Origin: an uncultured Methanosarcinaceae archaeon
GTDB taxonomy: Archaea; Halobacteriota; Methanosarcinia; Methanosarcinales; Methanosarcinaceae
NCBI GenBank assembly: GCA_963733675.1
Contig: CAVTET010000001.1
Location: forward strand, 480,001 to 544,000
Reading direction: 5' to 3'
DNA: 64,000 bases
How positions within the stretch are numbered: position 1 is the first letter of the stretch; every line of letters begins with the position of its first letter. Below, one piece after another: positions 21,502-32,090 of this stretch. The notes beneath the pieces were generated by a model. The model was given only the letters and a program-made list of their open reading frames with translations, did no database searches and was not told the origin of the DNA. The position numbers and the translations under genes are program-made.

Positions 21502-23770
21502 TCAACTACAGCACGCTAAAGCTGTAGGGCTTGACGGCCCTTCGGAGTTCGCAATTTAATTCAGTAGACTCAAAGGCTAATCTAAGTCTACTTGGTCTGT
21601 TGACAAGACCTCTATCATTTATCAGTTCTAAAATCGAATCATCAACTATTTTTCGGAATATATTAATTGTTCCATTAATATCAGCATTAATTAACTGCCC
21701 TACATAACTTTTGTACAATTCCCTCTTGATTTTTCGTGATCTAACACATTCAGGTTTTTCAATCGGATGTATATGTTTCATCTACAAGTGGTACCTAGAG
21801 GCTATCCGAAAAGTCCTGCTGATCTGAATGTTATCAATGCGCACGCTAAATGTAGGATAGCAAGGTAATTTTCAATTTTCTTTTCCCATCTTATAAGGAG
21901 TCTTCTGAATCTATTCAGCCAAGAATGTGTCCTTTCTACAACCCATCTTTTTGCCCTAAAACCAGGTATGTCCCTTCTTATGTTTTCTTCCCCGCGACTT
22001 TTGATATGCGCAGTATAACCATATTCTTCAACCAATTTTCTGATATCGTTGAAATCATAACCCTTATCCATGCATATATTCTGAATTATGTCTTCTGTAG
22101 AAGGTCTTTCAAAGAATATGGCGTCTAAAGTCCTTTTTACAAGCTTTTTATCGTGACGATTAGCTCCATCAACGACAACAGAAAGTGGTATGCCTTTACA
22201 ATCAGTTAATAACACTCCTTTTTGTACTTTTTTTGCCACGATCAGTAGGATTGGCTCCTGTTCCAGCTCCACTAATGGTGCTTTTGTCATAGCACCATCA
22301 ATTGATTATCATTCCCATTCTAATCCTTTTTCGAAATCATACTCAACAAGACCAGCCAGCCACATGCTCTCAAATAAGCCTGATAGTTGCCATTACTGAA
22401 ATCGATAATGTACAGTGCTTGGAGCTCCATAAAATCATGGCAATGCTTTCCATTGGCAACCAGTAACAAGGAGATAGAAAATGCCACTCATTATTTTCCT
22501 ATCACCCTTTCTAGGTCTTCAAGACTTCTTTTTTGGCTTAGGTACAGGTAGTAAAGGTTCTATTTTTTTCCAATAATCTTCAGAAAGTTCATAGTCCTGA
22601 ACAATTTTCCGTTTTGTCATTACCACACATGATCTTAAATTGAAAGTATATTATTTTTCGGATAGGCTATTAATACATTAAAAAACAAATTTGTTTATTA
22701 ATTTACCTTTGAATGTACCAAATGGAATCTGTACAAAGTTTTGGTTATTACGTCTGCTTTAATTGATTTCTGTTTAATTCCGGTTGACTCTCCGATTAGA
22801 ACATTGCCTATATTTTTTTAGGCATTGTTTAACCAGATAGTTACTTGCTGGTTCATGAATTCAGTAATTCTATTGTACAGTCCGGTTGACATTTTTATTT
22901 GCCGGGGGATAACTTCTTCAATTTCCTGTAAATTAGGATACTCTGCAATCTAGCATTTTCCTTGTTTATACCATTGGTTGAGAGATATTATATACTTGCC
23001 ATCAATGATTGAAGCAGTCCCATCGGTATCAACAAACGTAGCAAAATTAGAAACCCCAAAGTCTATTTTAAGGCATATAGAGTAATCAAGGTTTAATATT
23101 TCCTTTTTTCTTGATGGATATATCTAATTTTGAACTATTTCCCATCATACATCGGAAGAAGAGGTATCTTTTGAATGTAAGATTTTTTTTGATTTTAAGA
23201 ATATTTGGAAGCTTAACGGTTAAAAGTTTCTTTGCATTTGTACCTTTTTTCATTAACTCCTTTGAGATTCCTCATCTACCGTTTCCAGTTTTGATAGAGA
23301 AAGCATTTTTTGGAAACGATATCATGAAATACTCTTCTTTGTTAAGCTATTGAAGTATATTTGGTTTATCCAATTGTCTTTTTTTATACAGTTCCAAAAA
23401 TCCAAACCAACTTCTCATACTTCTCTTAATATATTTTAGAGATTGCTGACCCGTTGCAGCATGCATTAACTTGTAGTTTTAATTATCTTTACAAAGATGA
23501 GAATTTGAAGGATATTTCAAAAAAAATTGTTCTGGAGAAAGTACTTTCTTGCATTAGACAACCCTAGATTAGATACATTTTACGAGGTTCTGCTAAGCGT
23601 TCTTATGACTTCAAATTGATTCTTACCTTAATCTAAGATTGTTCGTCAAATTTAGCATCGTGTTAACACAATGCTTTGTAAATATGTATACTTCGCTAAA
23701 AGCCGAGGCTGTAATTCATCCCAGCGCTAAATAAACCGAATTTTCTGTCCCTTCTGCGCTCTAAACTCCA
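21502..23770 (-). mobile_element. tnpB: Decayed IS200/IS605 (IS1341-type) tnpB element interrupted by an IS5
   Basis: Minus-strand fragments IDFGVSNFATFVDTDG (RuvC-I, about 23020-23070), NNQNFVQIPFG (about 22720-22750) and INADINGTINIFRK (RuvC-III, about 21655-21695). Right-end hairpin CTACAGC..GCTGTAG then TTGA at 21502-21527; left-end-like motif at about 23715-23750. Confidence 0.82.
21798..22669 (-). mobile_element. IS5-family element (about 870 bp) with frameshifted transposase
   Basis: Imperfect TIRs GAGGCTATCCGAAAA / TTTTCGGATAGGCTA; transposase motifs MDKGYD and RWVVERTHSWLNRFRRL; N-terminal part TGCQWKAL broken by frameshifts. Confidence 0.9.
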
Positions 23771-24166
23771 TAAATGTTTATAACTATTCAAGGTATATCT
23801 ACCGAAAAAATAAAATATCATGTTTTGAACTAGTATCAGCCAAAAAGTTGAAGAACAACAGAGTATTTTTTTTGACAATTAGGAAGTATTTAAATTAAGT
23901 GTCACAAATTACTCTTCACTTCTTTTAAAGGCGGTAAGCTGTTCTCCCAAAATAATTTACATTTGGATATATATTTCTAAACAAAGCTGCATTACAGAGA
24001 TTTTATGAGTCTTAAAAACTAACTAGAATCTTCAAAACTAAAATAGCCTGAATACTGCGTTTCAACAGTAGTTCGGGGAATATATCAGCTTATATCATGA
24101 GCCAGCGGTTTATACCTAGACAATCCTCTAATTCGATATACACGTGAAATAAGGGTGCATTTAAAT

Positions 24167-25396
24167 ATGACAGTCAATAGACCAAGAGGGACTCGGGATT
24201 TTTTACCTGAAGATACTGCTCGGAGAAAATACGTGGAAAATATTATGCGAAATATTGCCTGCAACTGGGGATACAGTGAAATTATTACACCCACGTTTGA
24301 ATATCTTGACCTTTTTACCCTTAAGTCCGGGGAAGGAATTGAAAGAGAACTTTATAACTTCATGGACAAGGGGGGAAGAGCAATGACCCTAAGGCCGGAA
24401 CTGACTGCTCCCGTCATGCGCCTGTACGTAAACGAACTTCAATCATTTCCTAAACCTTTAAATCTATTCTATTTTGAGAACTGCTTCCGCTATGAGAGGC
24501 CCCAAAAAGGTCGTTTTAGAGAGTTCTGGCAGTTCGGAGTTGAACTTATTGGAAGCGAAAGACCAGATGCTGATGCAGAGGTCATCGCTCTTGCCGACGC
24601 CCTCTTAAAATCAGTTGGAGTCAACTGCTACATGAAAATCGGGAACCTTGCAGTGATACGCACGCTTTTAAGAGGACTTGAGCCCGAAATAGTAAGCAAG
24701 ATCATGCGGCTTATAGACAAGAAAGAATATGCAGGCCTTGAAGCCCTAATTGAAGAGATTGGAGTAGAGGATCAATTAAAATTCAACCTTTTCAAGCTGA
24801 TTAAGCTTGAAGGCAGGTATATAACACCTCAGGTAAAGGAAATAGTTGGGAATATCCCTGAGTTTGTGGCCTTTGAGAAAACCCTTAAACTTCTAGATGC
24901 TTATGGGGTTGATTACTTTCTTGACTTCGGCATTGTACGAGGGCTTGATTACTATACAGGTATGGTATTTGAGGTATATGCAGATGGGCTTGGCGCCCAA
25001 AAACAAATATGTGGGGGAGGTTCTTACCAGCTCATCCAGCTTTTTGGAGGTGGGGATGTTCCTTCAACCGGTTTCGGGATAGGCTTTGACAGAATAATTG
25101 AGATATGTACTTTAGTAAATCCTGCACCTAAAAAAGTTGTGCTTATATCAAAGCCCGAAACCCATCTCGAAGCCATAAAACTTGCAACTGAATTAAGGAA
25201 GTATCTGCCAGTCCGTATAGATCTAATGGAACGCAATTTCAAAACCCAACTCTCTTTCGCAAATACTATCAATGCCGATTACGTGATCATAGTCGGGGAA
25301 AACGAACTTGGAGCGGGGAAGCTTACCCTCAAGGACATGATCTCCGGGGAACAGGAGCTTCTGACTTTAGGTGAAATTATTGAGAAATTTTCATAA
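24167..25396 (+). CDS. hisS: Histidyl-tRNA synthetase
   Basis: [50 protein letters not shown]. Confidence 0.97.
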   Translation: MTVNRPRGTRDFLPEDTARRKYVENIMRNIACNWGYSEIITPTFEYLDLFTLKSGEGIERELYNFMDKGGRAMTLRPELTAPVMRLYVNELQSFPKPLNLFYFENCFRYERPQKGRFREFWQFGVELIGSERPDADAEVIALADALLKSVGVNCYMKIGNLAVIRTLLRGLEPEIVSKIMRLIDKKEYAGLEALIEEIGVEDQLKFNLFKLIKLEGRYITPQVKEIVGNIPEFVAFEKTLKLLDAYGVDYFLDFGIVRGLDYYTGMVFEVYADGLGAQKQICGGGSYQLIQLFGGGDVPSTGFGIGFDRIIEICTLVNPAPKKVVLISKPETHLEAIKLATELRKYLPVRIDLMERNFKTQLSFANTINADYVIIVGENELGAGKLTLKDMISGEQELLTLGEIIEKFS

Positions 25397-25516
25397 AGCC
25401 AATATTCCGTAGATGTGTACACTTGGTGACTATTCCCCTCACTAAAATTTGGGGCATCTATCGGTTTTACGAACAGATTGTAATCCCAATCTAAGAATAT
25501 TAATGCAGCATTAAGA

Positions 25517-26370
25517 GGTTCCATTGCAAAAACTTCAAAATTAGCATGTAAATCTATGAGTATAAAATAAAGTCAAAAGATCCGAGGGAATTATACCAAC
25601 ATTATAAAATAATACCAAACAATTGATTAATATATTTGACTTCATTAAAAACAGAGTAATTTAGATTATTGACTTGTCTTTTTTTAACCATATTCAGAGC
25701 TTCAATTCCCTTTAAAGTCTTACTAGCAGAGCGAACAAACTGGAAACCTAGCATTGGAACAATTATCCGCTTTATAGATCGATGATCTTGTTCAATAATG
25801 TTATTCAAATACCTGGTTTGTCTAATTTCAACATTTTTAAACAAGTTATTCTCATTTTTCAGTTCATCTATAGCAGGTAGATAAGCTGGATTCTTATCAA
25901 CGGTTATTACTCTTGGAATTTGGTTGTGGTTAGAACTCAAAGCTTTCTTAAAGAATCTCTTTGCTGCTTTTCTATCTCGTTTTGAACTTAACATGAAATC
26001 ATTTGTGTCTCCATCTGAGTCAACTGCTTGGTAAAGATATTTCCATTTACCTTTTACTTTGATATAGGTTTTATCAACTCTCCATGAATCATTCGTTGGT
26101 CTTAAATGCCTTCTTATCCTCTTTTCTATCTCAGGTGAATATTGATGTACCCATCCCATGATTATTATATGGTCGACTTTTATTCCTCTTTCTGCCATAT
26201 TTCCTTTAAATTTCTATAGCTCAATGGATATTTTAAGTACCATCTTACTGTTTGCAGAATGATCTCGCCTACAAAGTGTTTCCATTTAAAGGCATTTAAT
26301 GGCATATTATATACTCTTAAATTCCTATTTATTTCATAGTATCGATCTTATATTTTTTTGCAAAGGAACC
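25517..26370 (-). mobile_element. IS6-family element; transposase has a 1-nt frameshift near 26200
   Basis: TIRs GGTTCCATTGCAAAA / TTTTGCAAAGGAACC; N-terminus FKWKHFVGEIIL..VRWYLKYPLSYRNL from ATG 26305; WRVDKTY, ITVDKNPAY, NNIIEQDHR. Confidence 0.93.
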
Positions 26371-26527
26371 AAAAATACAACCAAATGGGTATGTATATCC
26401 TGGAAGAAAACTAGTTGATAAATATGAAGTAAAACTATTCATTAAGAAAAAGAATGATGCAGAAGTTGATGGCCGTATCCCAACATTTTAATGACTGAAA
26501 TTAGCCTTCTAAAATCTAAATCATAAT

Positions 26528-28063
26528 TCAATCTTCCCTTTTCATCTGAGGGAAGAGAATTACTTCCTTAATGGATTCAAGACCTGCAAGGATCATGGTA
26601 AACCGATCGATTCCGAGTCCGATACCTCCGGTTGGGGGCAAGCCGTATCCAAGGGCATTTATAAAGTCGTAATCTATTGTCTGGGCTTCCATGTCTCCTA
26701 GCTTCCTTTTCTTATCTTGTTCTTCGAACCTCATCTCCTGCTCAAGAGGATCATTTAATTCTGAATATCCGTTTGCCATTTCCCAGCCATTTATGAAGAG
26801 TTCAAATCTCTCGACAAAACCTGTTTTTTCTCTGTGTTTTTTGGCGAGAGGAGAGTTTTCCACCGGGAAATCGTATATGAAAGTCGGATTTATTAACTTA
26901 TCTTCTACCAGGCCTTCAAAGAGAAGGGTAAGGAACTCTCCATAGGTCTTTGCCTTTTCATGACCTTCTATCCTGTTTTCGAACGCGATTTTTTTAAGTT
27001 CTTCGAGCGAGTGGACAAATATATCAAGCTCATAATATTCTTTCAAGGCTTCTTCCATGGAAATCCGTTTCCAGGGAGGGCATAGATTGATCGTTTTTTC
27101 CCCCATTTTGATTTCATAGCTGCCATTCAGGTTCAACACAAGTTCAGATATCAGGCTTTCGGTTATATCCATCATGTCGTTGTAATCACTATAAGCCTCG
27201 TAGATCTCTATCATCGTGAATTCAGGATTGTGAGTTGTGTCGATATCTTCGTTCCTGAAATTTTTGCATATTTCAAAAACCTTCTCGTATCCCCCAACAA
27301 TAAGCCTCTTGAGATAGAGTTCAGGAGCGATCCTTAGGAATAAGTTCTGGCCAAGAAAGTTATGGTAAGTCATGAAAGGCCTTGCATTTGCACCTCCATA
27401 AACGGTCTGGAGCACAGGGGTTTCAAATTCCAGAAATCCTTTTTCTATAAGGAATCTTCTGATCTCAGATATGAGTTTGCTCCTCATGATGAAAATGTTT
27501 CTTTTTTCAACATTAAATATCAGGTCAAGGTATCTTTTCCTGTACCTTGTCTCGACATCTTTTAAGCCATGGAATTTTTCAGGAATTGCACAAAGAGATT
27601 TTGAAAGTAGTGAGAATTTAAACACGCTGACAGAGTTTTCACCTCTTTTCGTCCTGAAAAGTTTGCCCTGAATCCCTATGATATCTCCTGAATCCACAAG
27701 GTTTTTAAAAATCTCGAAATCCTCATCTGGAAGGTTTCCTTTCCTGAAAAGAATCTGAATCCTGCCAGCTTGATCTCCAAGATCGGCAAATATCATTTTA
27801 CCATGCTTGCGGATATTATACAGTCTTCCTGCAGTTCTGACAGTTAAACTTTCATTCTTTTCATAATCTTCGAATTTTTTCAGGATATCACAAATGTCCT
27901 CGCTTTTCTCAAACTTATAAGGATAAGGATTGAGCCCCTTGGTTCTTATATAATTCAATTTTGCAATTTTAGAGTTGTCAAAAATACTTTTATCTGATAT
28001 ATCAGTATTATCAGACTGGGAAACATTATCCGACGGTTCTGTATTGTTAATGTCCATGCTCAT
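26528..28063 (-). CDS. lysS: Lysyl-tRNA synthetase, class II
   Basis: RYRKRYLDL, GGANARPF, LRIAPELYLKRL, FRNEDID.THNPEF, PPTGGIGLGIDR. Confidence 0.97.
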   Translation of the reverse strand: MSMDINNTEPSDNVSQSDNTDISDKSIFDNSKIAKLNYIRTKGLNPYPYKFEKSEDICDILKKFEDYEKNESLTVRTAGRLYNIRKHGKMIFADLGDQAGRIQILFRKGNLPDEDFEIFKNLVDSGDIIGIQGKLFRTKRGENSVSVFKFSLLSKSLCAIPEKFHGLKDVETRYRKRYLDLIFNVEKRNIFIMRSKLISEIRRFLIEKGFLEFETPVLQTVYGGANARPFMTYHNFLGQNLFLRIAPELYLKRLIVGGYEKVFEICKNFRNEDIDTTHNPEFTMIEIYEAYSDYNDMMDITESLISELVLNLNGSYEIKMGEKTINLCPPWKRISMEEALKEYYELDIFVHSLEELKKIAFENRIEGHEKAKTYGEFLTLLFEGLVEDKLINPTFIYDFPVENSPLAKKHREKTGFVERFELFINGWEMANGYSELNDPLEQEMRFEEQDKKRKLGDMEAQTIDYDFINALGYGLPPTGGIGLGIDRFTMILAGLESIKEVILFPQMKRED

Positions 28064-28739
28064 CTAATCAGTACATCCTCTTCAGTTGAATATGAATGAA
28101 TAAACCAATGAATAAATAATCAATATGCCAGTGATCAATTCGTAAATTGGTAAGTAATCGAGTGTTAGTTAGTTGGCAAGTCAACTATAAATTAATCAAC
28201 AATCAGTGAGTCAGCCAGAGTACCCACTGGAGAATAAAGCTTTCCTGGGAGGTTGAATTCTGCGTTCATTTCTTAGGCTAAAGGCTACAAGTTCAAATTA
28301 TCAAGAATAATAACTGTCTATTAGCCCTTCTTCTTGACATTTATTTTTCCCATACATCCATGCATTTTATATAAACTTTTAGAAAAAGGATTGATGAAAT
28401 TAGCATTGCTTCCAGAGAAAAACTGTTCTCACAGATCTTTTTGTAAAGAAACCTCTTTGTTTATCAATTCATAAGACTTATGATCCCTCAGCTAGATTGA
28501 AATTAATTTTAGATTTTGTCCGATGGTCTCATTAAGTCTCGATTTTCCTATTTAGCTTATATATACGAGTGTTTACTGACGGAGTCCGAGTAATAAGAAG
28601 ATTTCGATAAACTCCTAAACTTCGTCAGATACTAATCTAGTAGTATGTATCTAATTCGTGAAAATCAGACGTTTATCAAAATATTTTCGAGACTTCCAAA
28701 TTATATATCTTCAGGAATTTATCTTCAAGAATGGAAGTA

Positions 28740-29324
28740 GGATCCCGACTTTTTTTAGATGTGGAAGGAATGCAAATCATATAAATCCCTGTTTTAGTAC
28801 ATATTCAAACGAAAGTTATAAACTTATTTTCATGAATAAACTTATAATGGAATCTACTAAAAAAATACAAATGAAAATAATGGATGCGGGTTTTGATTTA
28901 GTAGATACTCTATAATAAATATGCAAATGGGATGGACTACGTTTCTATTGTGGTTTTTGATAATTGAAGAATCATTCCAGCTAGAAAACTACAACCTATG
29001 GTTTATGCTCATCTCAGAGGAAATCTCGGTTTGAAGTCTCAAGTAGTTATATAATTCAAAACAAATTTAGTTTGTGTATAGGACGATATTCTCAAGGCTT
29101 GTTGCAGGTGTAACCGTATTTCTAAAAATAATAGAAATGGATTGAAATTCCTGTGTAAGGTTTGTGGTTTTGAACTTAACGCCGATTTGAACTGCGCTAG
29201 AAACATCGAACATAAAAAGTATATCTTAGAGTCTCATGGGTGTCTGTCAGCCATCCACGTAGATGATATGATCTGATTTAGCAGGGATAACCATACTTGG
29301 TTACGTCAGTGGTTGGTAGTCAAC
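28740..29324 (+). mobile_element. tnpB: Internally deleted IS1341-type tnpB relic
   Basis: Left-end-like motif at 28740-28773; N-terminal stub from ATG 28847; from 29097 reads ACCRCNRISKNNRNGLKFLCKVCGFELNADLNCARNI (Zn ribbon plus RuvC-III); right-end-like GGTTGGTAGTCAAC. Confidence 0.8.
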
Positions 29325-29470
29325 CAGTACGTTAAAATAAGACCAAAACGTTACTTTCAGGGATCGAAGCAAAATTTCGACTTCTTTAGTGTGGGAAGAA
29401 TGTGTAAGCTTATCAATACCTTTTTTAGTTATCTGAACTTGTCAGGCCGAAGATGGATGTATTTATTCTT

Positions 29471-29620
29471 ATTTTAACTTACTTTAACTTACTTTAACTT
29501 ACTTTAACTTACTTTAACTTACTTTAACTTACTTTAACTTACTTTAACTTACTTTAACTTACTTTAACTTACTTTAACTTACTTTAACTTACTTTAACTT
29601 ACTTTAACTTACTTTAACTT
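29471..29620. repeat. Tandem repeat, 10-bp unit ACTTTAACTT
   Basis: 14 perfect copies at 29481-29620 plus one degenerate copy at 29471-29480, counted directly. Confidence 0.98.
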
Positions 29621-29752
29621 ATTTATTGAGAGTAAAATTTATGCTACATAAATCTTTATGGGAAGCTCGTAAATATTTTTGAATAAATTTACTATTCAAT
29701 AAATAAATTGTTGAATATTCGCAAAAAATACAAGAAAAGAGTACGTTCATCA

Positions 29753-29765
29753 CAAACTATTTATG
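29753..29765 (+). promoter_or_regulatory. Candidate BRE/TATA for the tRNA-Lys / rpo transcript
   Basis: CAAAC-TATTTATG about 20-25 nt before the GC-rich leader that starts near 29783. Confidence 0.5.
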
Positions 29766-29782
29766 CAATAGTTGTGATTAGA

Positions 29783-29855
29783 GGGATGCATCGATGTAAG
29801 AGGTGCTCCCTAATGCAGTAGGGCGGCGTGGAAAATGAACCTCTAAGGTGCAAAA
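29783..29855 (+). ncRNA. Candidate structured RNA in the tRNA-Lys leader
   Basis: Three nested helices found by eye (see findings); a GC-rich island in AT-rich DNA. Confidence 0.45.
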
Positions 29856-29875
29856 AGAAAGTGGAGATCACAACT

Positions 29876-29949
29876 GGGCCCGTAGCTCAGTCAGGCAGAG
29901 CGTCTGGCTTTTAACCAGACGGCCTAGGGTTCAAATCCCTACGGGCCCG
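29876..29949 (+). tRNA. tRNA-Lys(TTT)
   Basis: GGGCCCG acceptor stem, TCTGG-CT TTT AA-CCAGA anticodon arm, GGTTCAAATCC T arm. Confidence 0.97.
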
Positions 29950-30032
29950 TCATTATTATTAATTGTACCCGATGGAAAGATCATTTCATTCCCGGGAAGT
30001 CTTTTGGGATACTTTATTTTGGAGGGAAGGAT

Positions 30033-30269
30033 TTGACAAAATTTAGCCTGCTCAACCATGAGTCGGTACCAAAACATGAAATCATGTCTGAGGGCGAGTT
30101 AAAATCTGTTTTAAGCAATTATTTTGTTGAAAAAGAGCAACTTCCGAAAATAAAAGTGCATGACCCTGTTTGTAAAGAAATAGGAGCTACAGTCGGAGAT
30201 GTAATAAAAATCACAAGAAAAAGTCAAACTGCAGGGGAGGCAGAATATTATAGATTTGTGATCGAATAA
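30033..30269 (+). CDS. rpoH: RNA polymerase subunit H (Rpo5)
   Basis: HESVPKHEIM, QLPKI..HDP, GDVIKITRKSQTAG; TTG start. Confidence 0.96.
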   Translation: MTKFSLLNHESVPKHEIMSEGELKSVLSNYFVEKEQLPKIKVHDPVCKEIGATVGDVIKITRKSQTAGEAEYYRFVIE

Positions 30270-30426
30270 AGCGGATGAAAACATAACCTCATTCGAGATC
30301 AAAATTTTTTACAAATAAGTTTTTTTTGAATCCCATGCACCATCGCAAGGAAATATTCAACGCTTCAGACATCTGAAGATCATATCTGGTCAATTTTCAT
30401 TTTAATAAAGCAAAGAGGGTGCTATC

Positions 30427-32076
30427 ATCGCGTTAGGAAGCAGTATACTGTCGCAGGCTTATTTTACACGGGACAAAATAGTGCAGCACCATATCGATTC
30501 TTTTAACAAATTTATAGATTATGGGCTGCAAAAGATTATAGACGAACAGAAAATAATAGAAACTGACATTGAGGATACGTATCTCAAACTAGGTAAGATC
30601 AGAGTAGAACATCCGGTGGTGAAGGAAGCAGACGGAGCGATCGAAAAGCTTTATCCAAATGAAGGAAGACTCCGAAATCTATCATACTCAGGCCCTCTCT
30701 ACCTAGAAATGAGTGTGGTTAAAGATGGCATAGAGTCCGAGGTAATGGAAGCAAAGATAGGGCAGCTTCCAATCATGATTAAGTCCAAGGTCTGCAATCT
30801 TCTGGGACTTAGTGAGACTGAAAAAGTACGTTATGGGGAAGATCCCCTCGATCCTGGAGGGTATTTCATTGTCGGGGGCACCGAGAGAGTGATCATGACT
30901 CTTGAAGACCTCGCACCTAACAAAATTCTTGTAGAGTATGGCGAAAGATATGGCGATGCTATAGAGGTTGCAAAAGTTTTTTCCCAAAAACGTGGGTATA
31001 GAGCGCTCGTAATTGTAGAAAGAGGACGAAAGTCCCTGCTCGAGGTTTCCTTCCCTTCTATTTCAGGAAGAATATTTTTCATTACCCTCATGAGAGCTCT
31101 TGGGATTGTAACTGATGAGGATATAGTAAACGCAGTTTCAAGTGATCCAGAAATTATCAAATTCATGCTAGAGAACCTTGAAGAAGCTGAGGTCGAGACC
31201 CAGGAAGAAGCAATTGAAAAGATAGGCGCAAGGGTCGCTGCAGGGCAGGCCAAGGAATACCAGATAAAAAGAGCAAACTATGTAATTGATAGGTATCTTT
31301 TCCCACATCTCGGAAATGATATCATTGATAGGGTTTCAAAAGCTCACTTCTTGGCAAGGATGGCTGAATCCTGTTTTGAACTGGCCCTTGGTAAGCGTTT
31401 GGAAGACGACAAAGACCACTATGCAAATAAAAGGCTCAAACTCGCAGGAGACCTGATGGAAGACCTCTTTAGAGTATCTTTCAATAGGCTAGCAAGAGAT
31501 ATCAAATACCAGCTTGAGCGCGCAAATATGCGGAACAGAGAACTTAATGTCGCCACAATAGTCCGAGCAGATGTCCTGACTGACCGCCTGCAACACCCAT
31601 TAGCAACCGGGAACTGGGTTGGAGGAAGAACAGGTGTGTCTCAACTTCTGGACAGAAACGACTATATCTCTACTCTATCTCACCTGCGCCGCGTTATTTC
31701 TCCCCTTTCTCGTGCACAACCGCATTTTGAGGCTAGAGACCTACATGCAACTCAGTGGGGACGGCTTTGTCCTTCAGAAACCCCCGAAGGACCGAATTGT
31801 GGCTTGGTGAAAAACTTTGCCGAGATGGTTGAACTCTCCACCGGTATAGAAGAAACAGAAGGCGTAAAGAAAATACTCTACGACCTGAACGTCGAACGTG
31901 TGGTTGTAAAGGTACCGGAAATCCCAGCTAGAATAAAGGAAATCCTACTCGACGAGTTCGGAGAAGAGATAGTTGAAGAGTTTGAAGAAACTCCGGAAAT
32001 CGACAGTAAATACAAAGATGATGAATTCTACGATTATTCAGATGCTGACTATGTCGGATCAAATTTTGGTGATTAA
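30427..32076 (+). CDS. rpoB2: RNA polymerase subunit B'' (Rpo2N); start uncertain
   Basis: [48 protein letters not shown]. The frame is open from 30409 and the first canonical start is GTG 30481; see findings. Confidence 0.93.
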   Translation: MALGSSILSQAYFTRDKIVQHHIDSFNKFIDYGLQKIIDEQKIIETDIEDTYLKLGKIRVEHPVVKEADGAIEKLYPNEGRLRNLSYSGPLYLEMSVVKDGIESEVMEAKIGQLPIMIKSKVCNLLGLSETEKVRYGEDPLDPGGYFIVGGTERVIMTLEDLAPNKILVEYGERYGDAIEVAKVFSQKRGYRALVIVERGRKSLLEVSFPSISGRIFFITLMRALGIVTDEDIVNAVSSDPEIIKFMLENLEEAEVETQEEAIEKIGARVAAGQAKEYQIKRANYVIDRYLFPHLGNDIIDRVSKAHFLARMAESCFELALGKRLEDDKDHYANKRLKLAGDLMEDLFRVSFNRLARDIKYQLERANMRNRELNVATIVRADVLTDRLQHPLATGNWVGGRTGVSQLLDRNDYISTLSHLRRVISPLSRAQPHFEARDLHATQWGRLCPSETPEGPNCGLVKNFAEMVELSTGIEETEGVKKILYDLNVERVVVKVPEIPARIKEILLDEFGEEIVEEFEETPEIDSKYKDDEFYDYSDADYVGSNFGD

Positions 32077-32090
32077 GGGATCGATGCCAG

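Noticed and set aside
21502-29324. Functional Cas12/TnpB nuclease system
   Set aside because: Both tnpB copies have stops or large deletions; only the RNA-encoding ends may persist.
29471-29620. CRISPR array
   Set aside because: Contiguous 10-bp units with no spacers, and no cas genes in the window.
29799-29838. Lysine riboswitch (AGAGGUGC) or FMN riboswitch (AGGGCGG.GUGGAA) match in the tRNA-Lys leader
   Set aside because: Only short word matches; the element is too small and lacks the other conserved helices. No C/D boxes or correctly placed ACA box either.
29848-30036. 62-aa ORF
   Set aside because: Overlaps tRNA-Lys; spurious.
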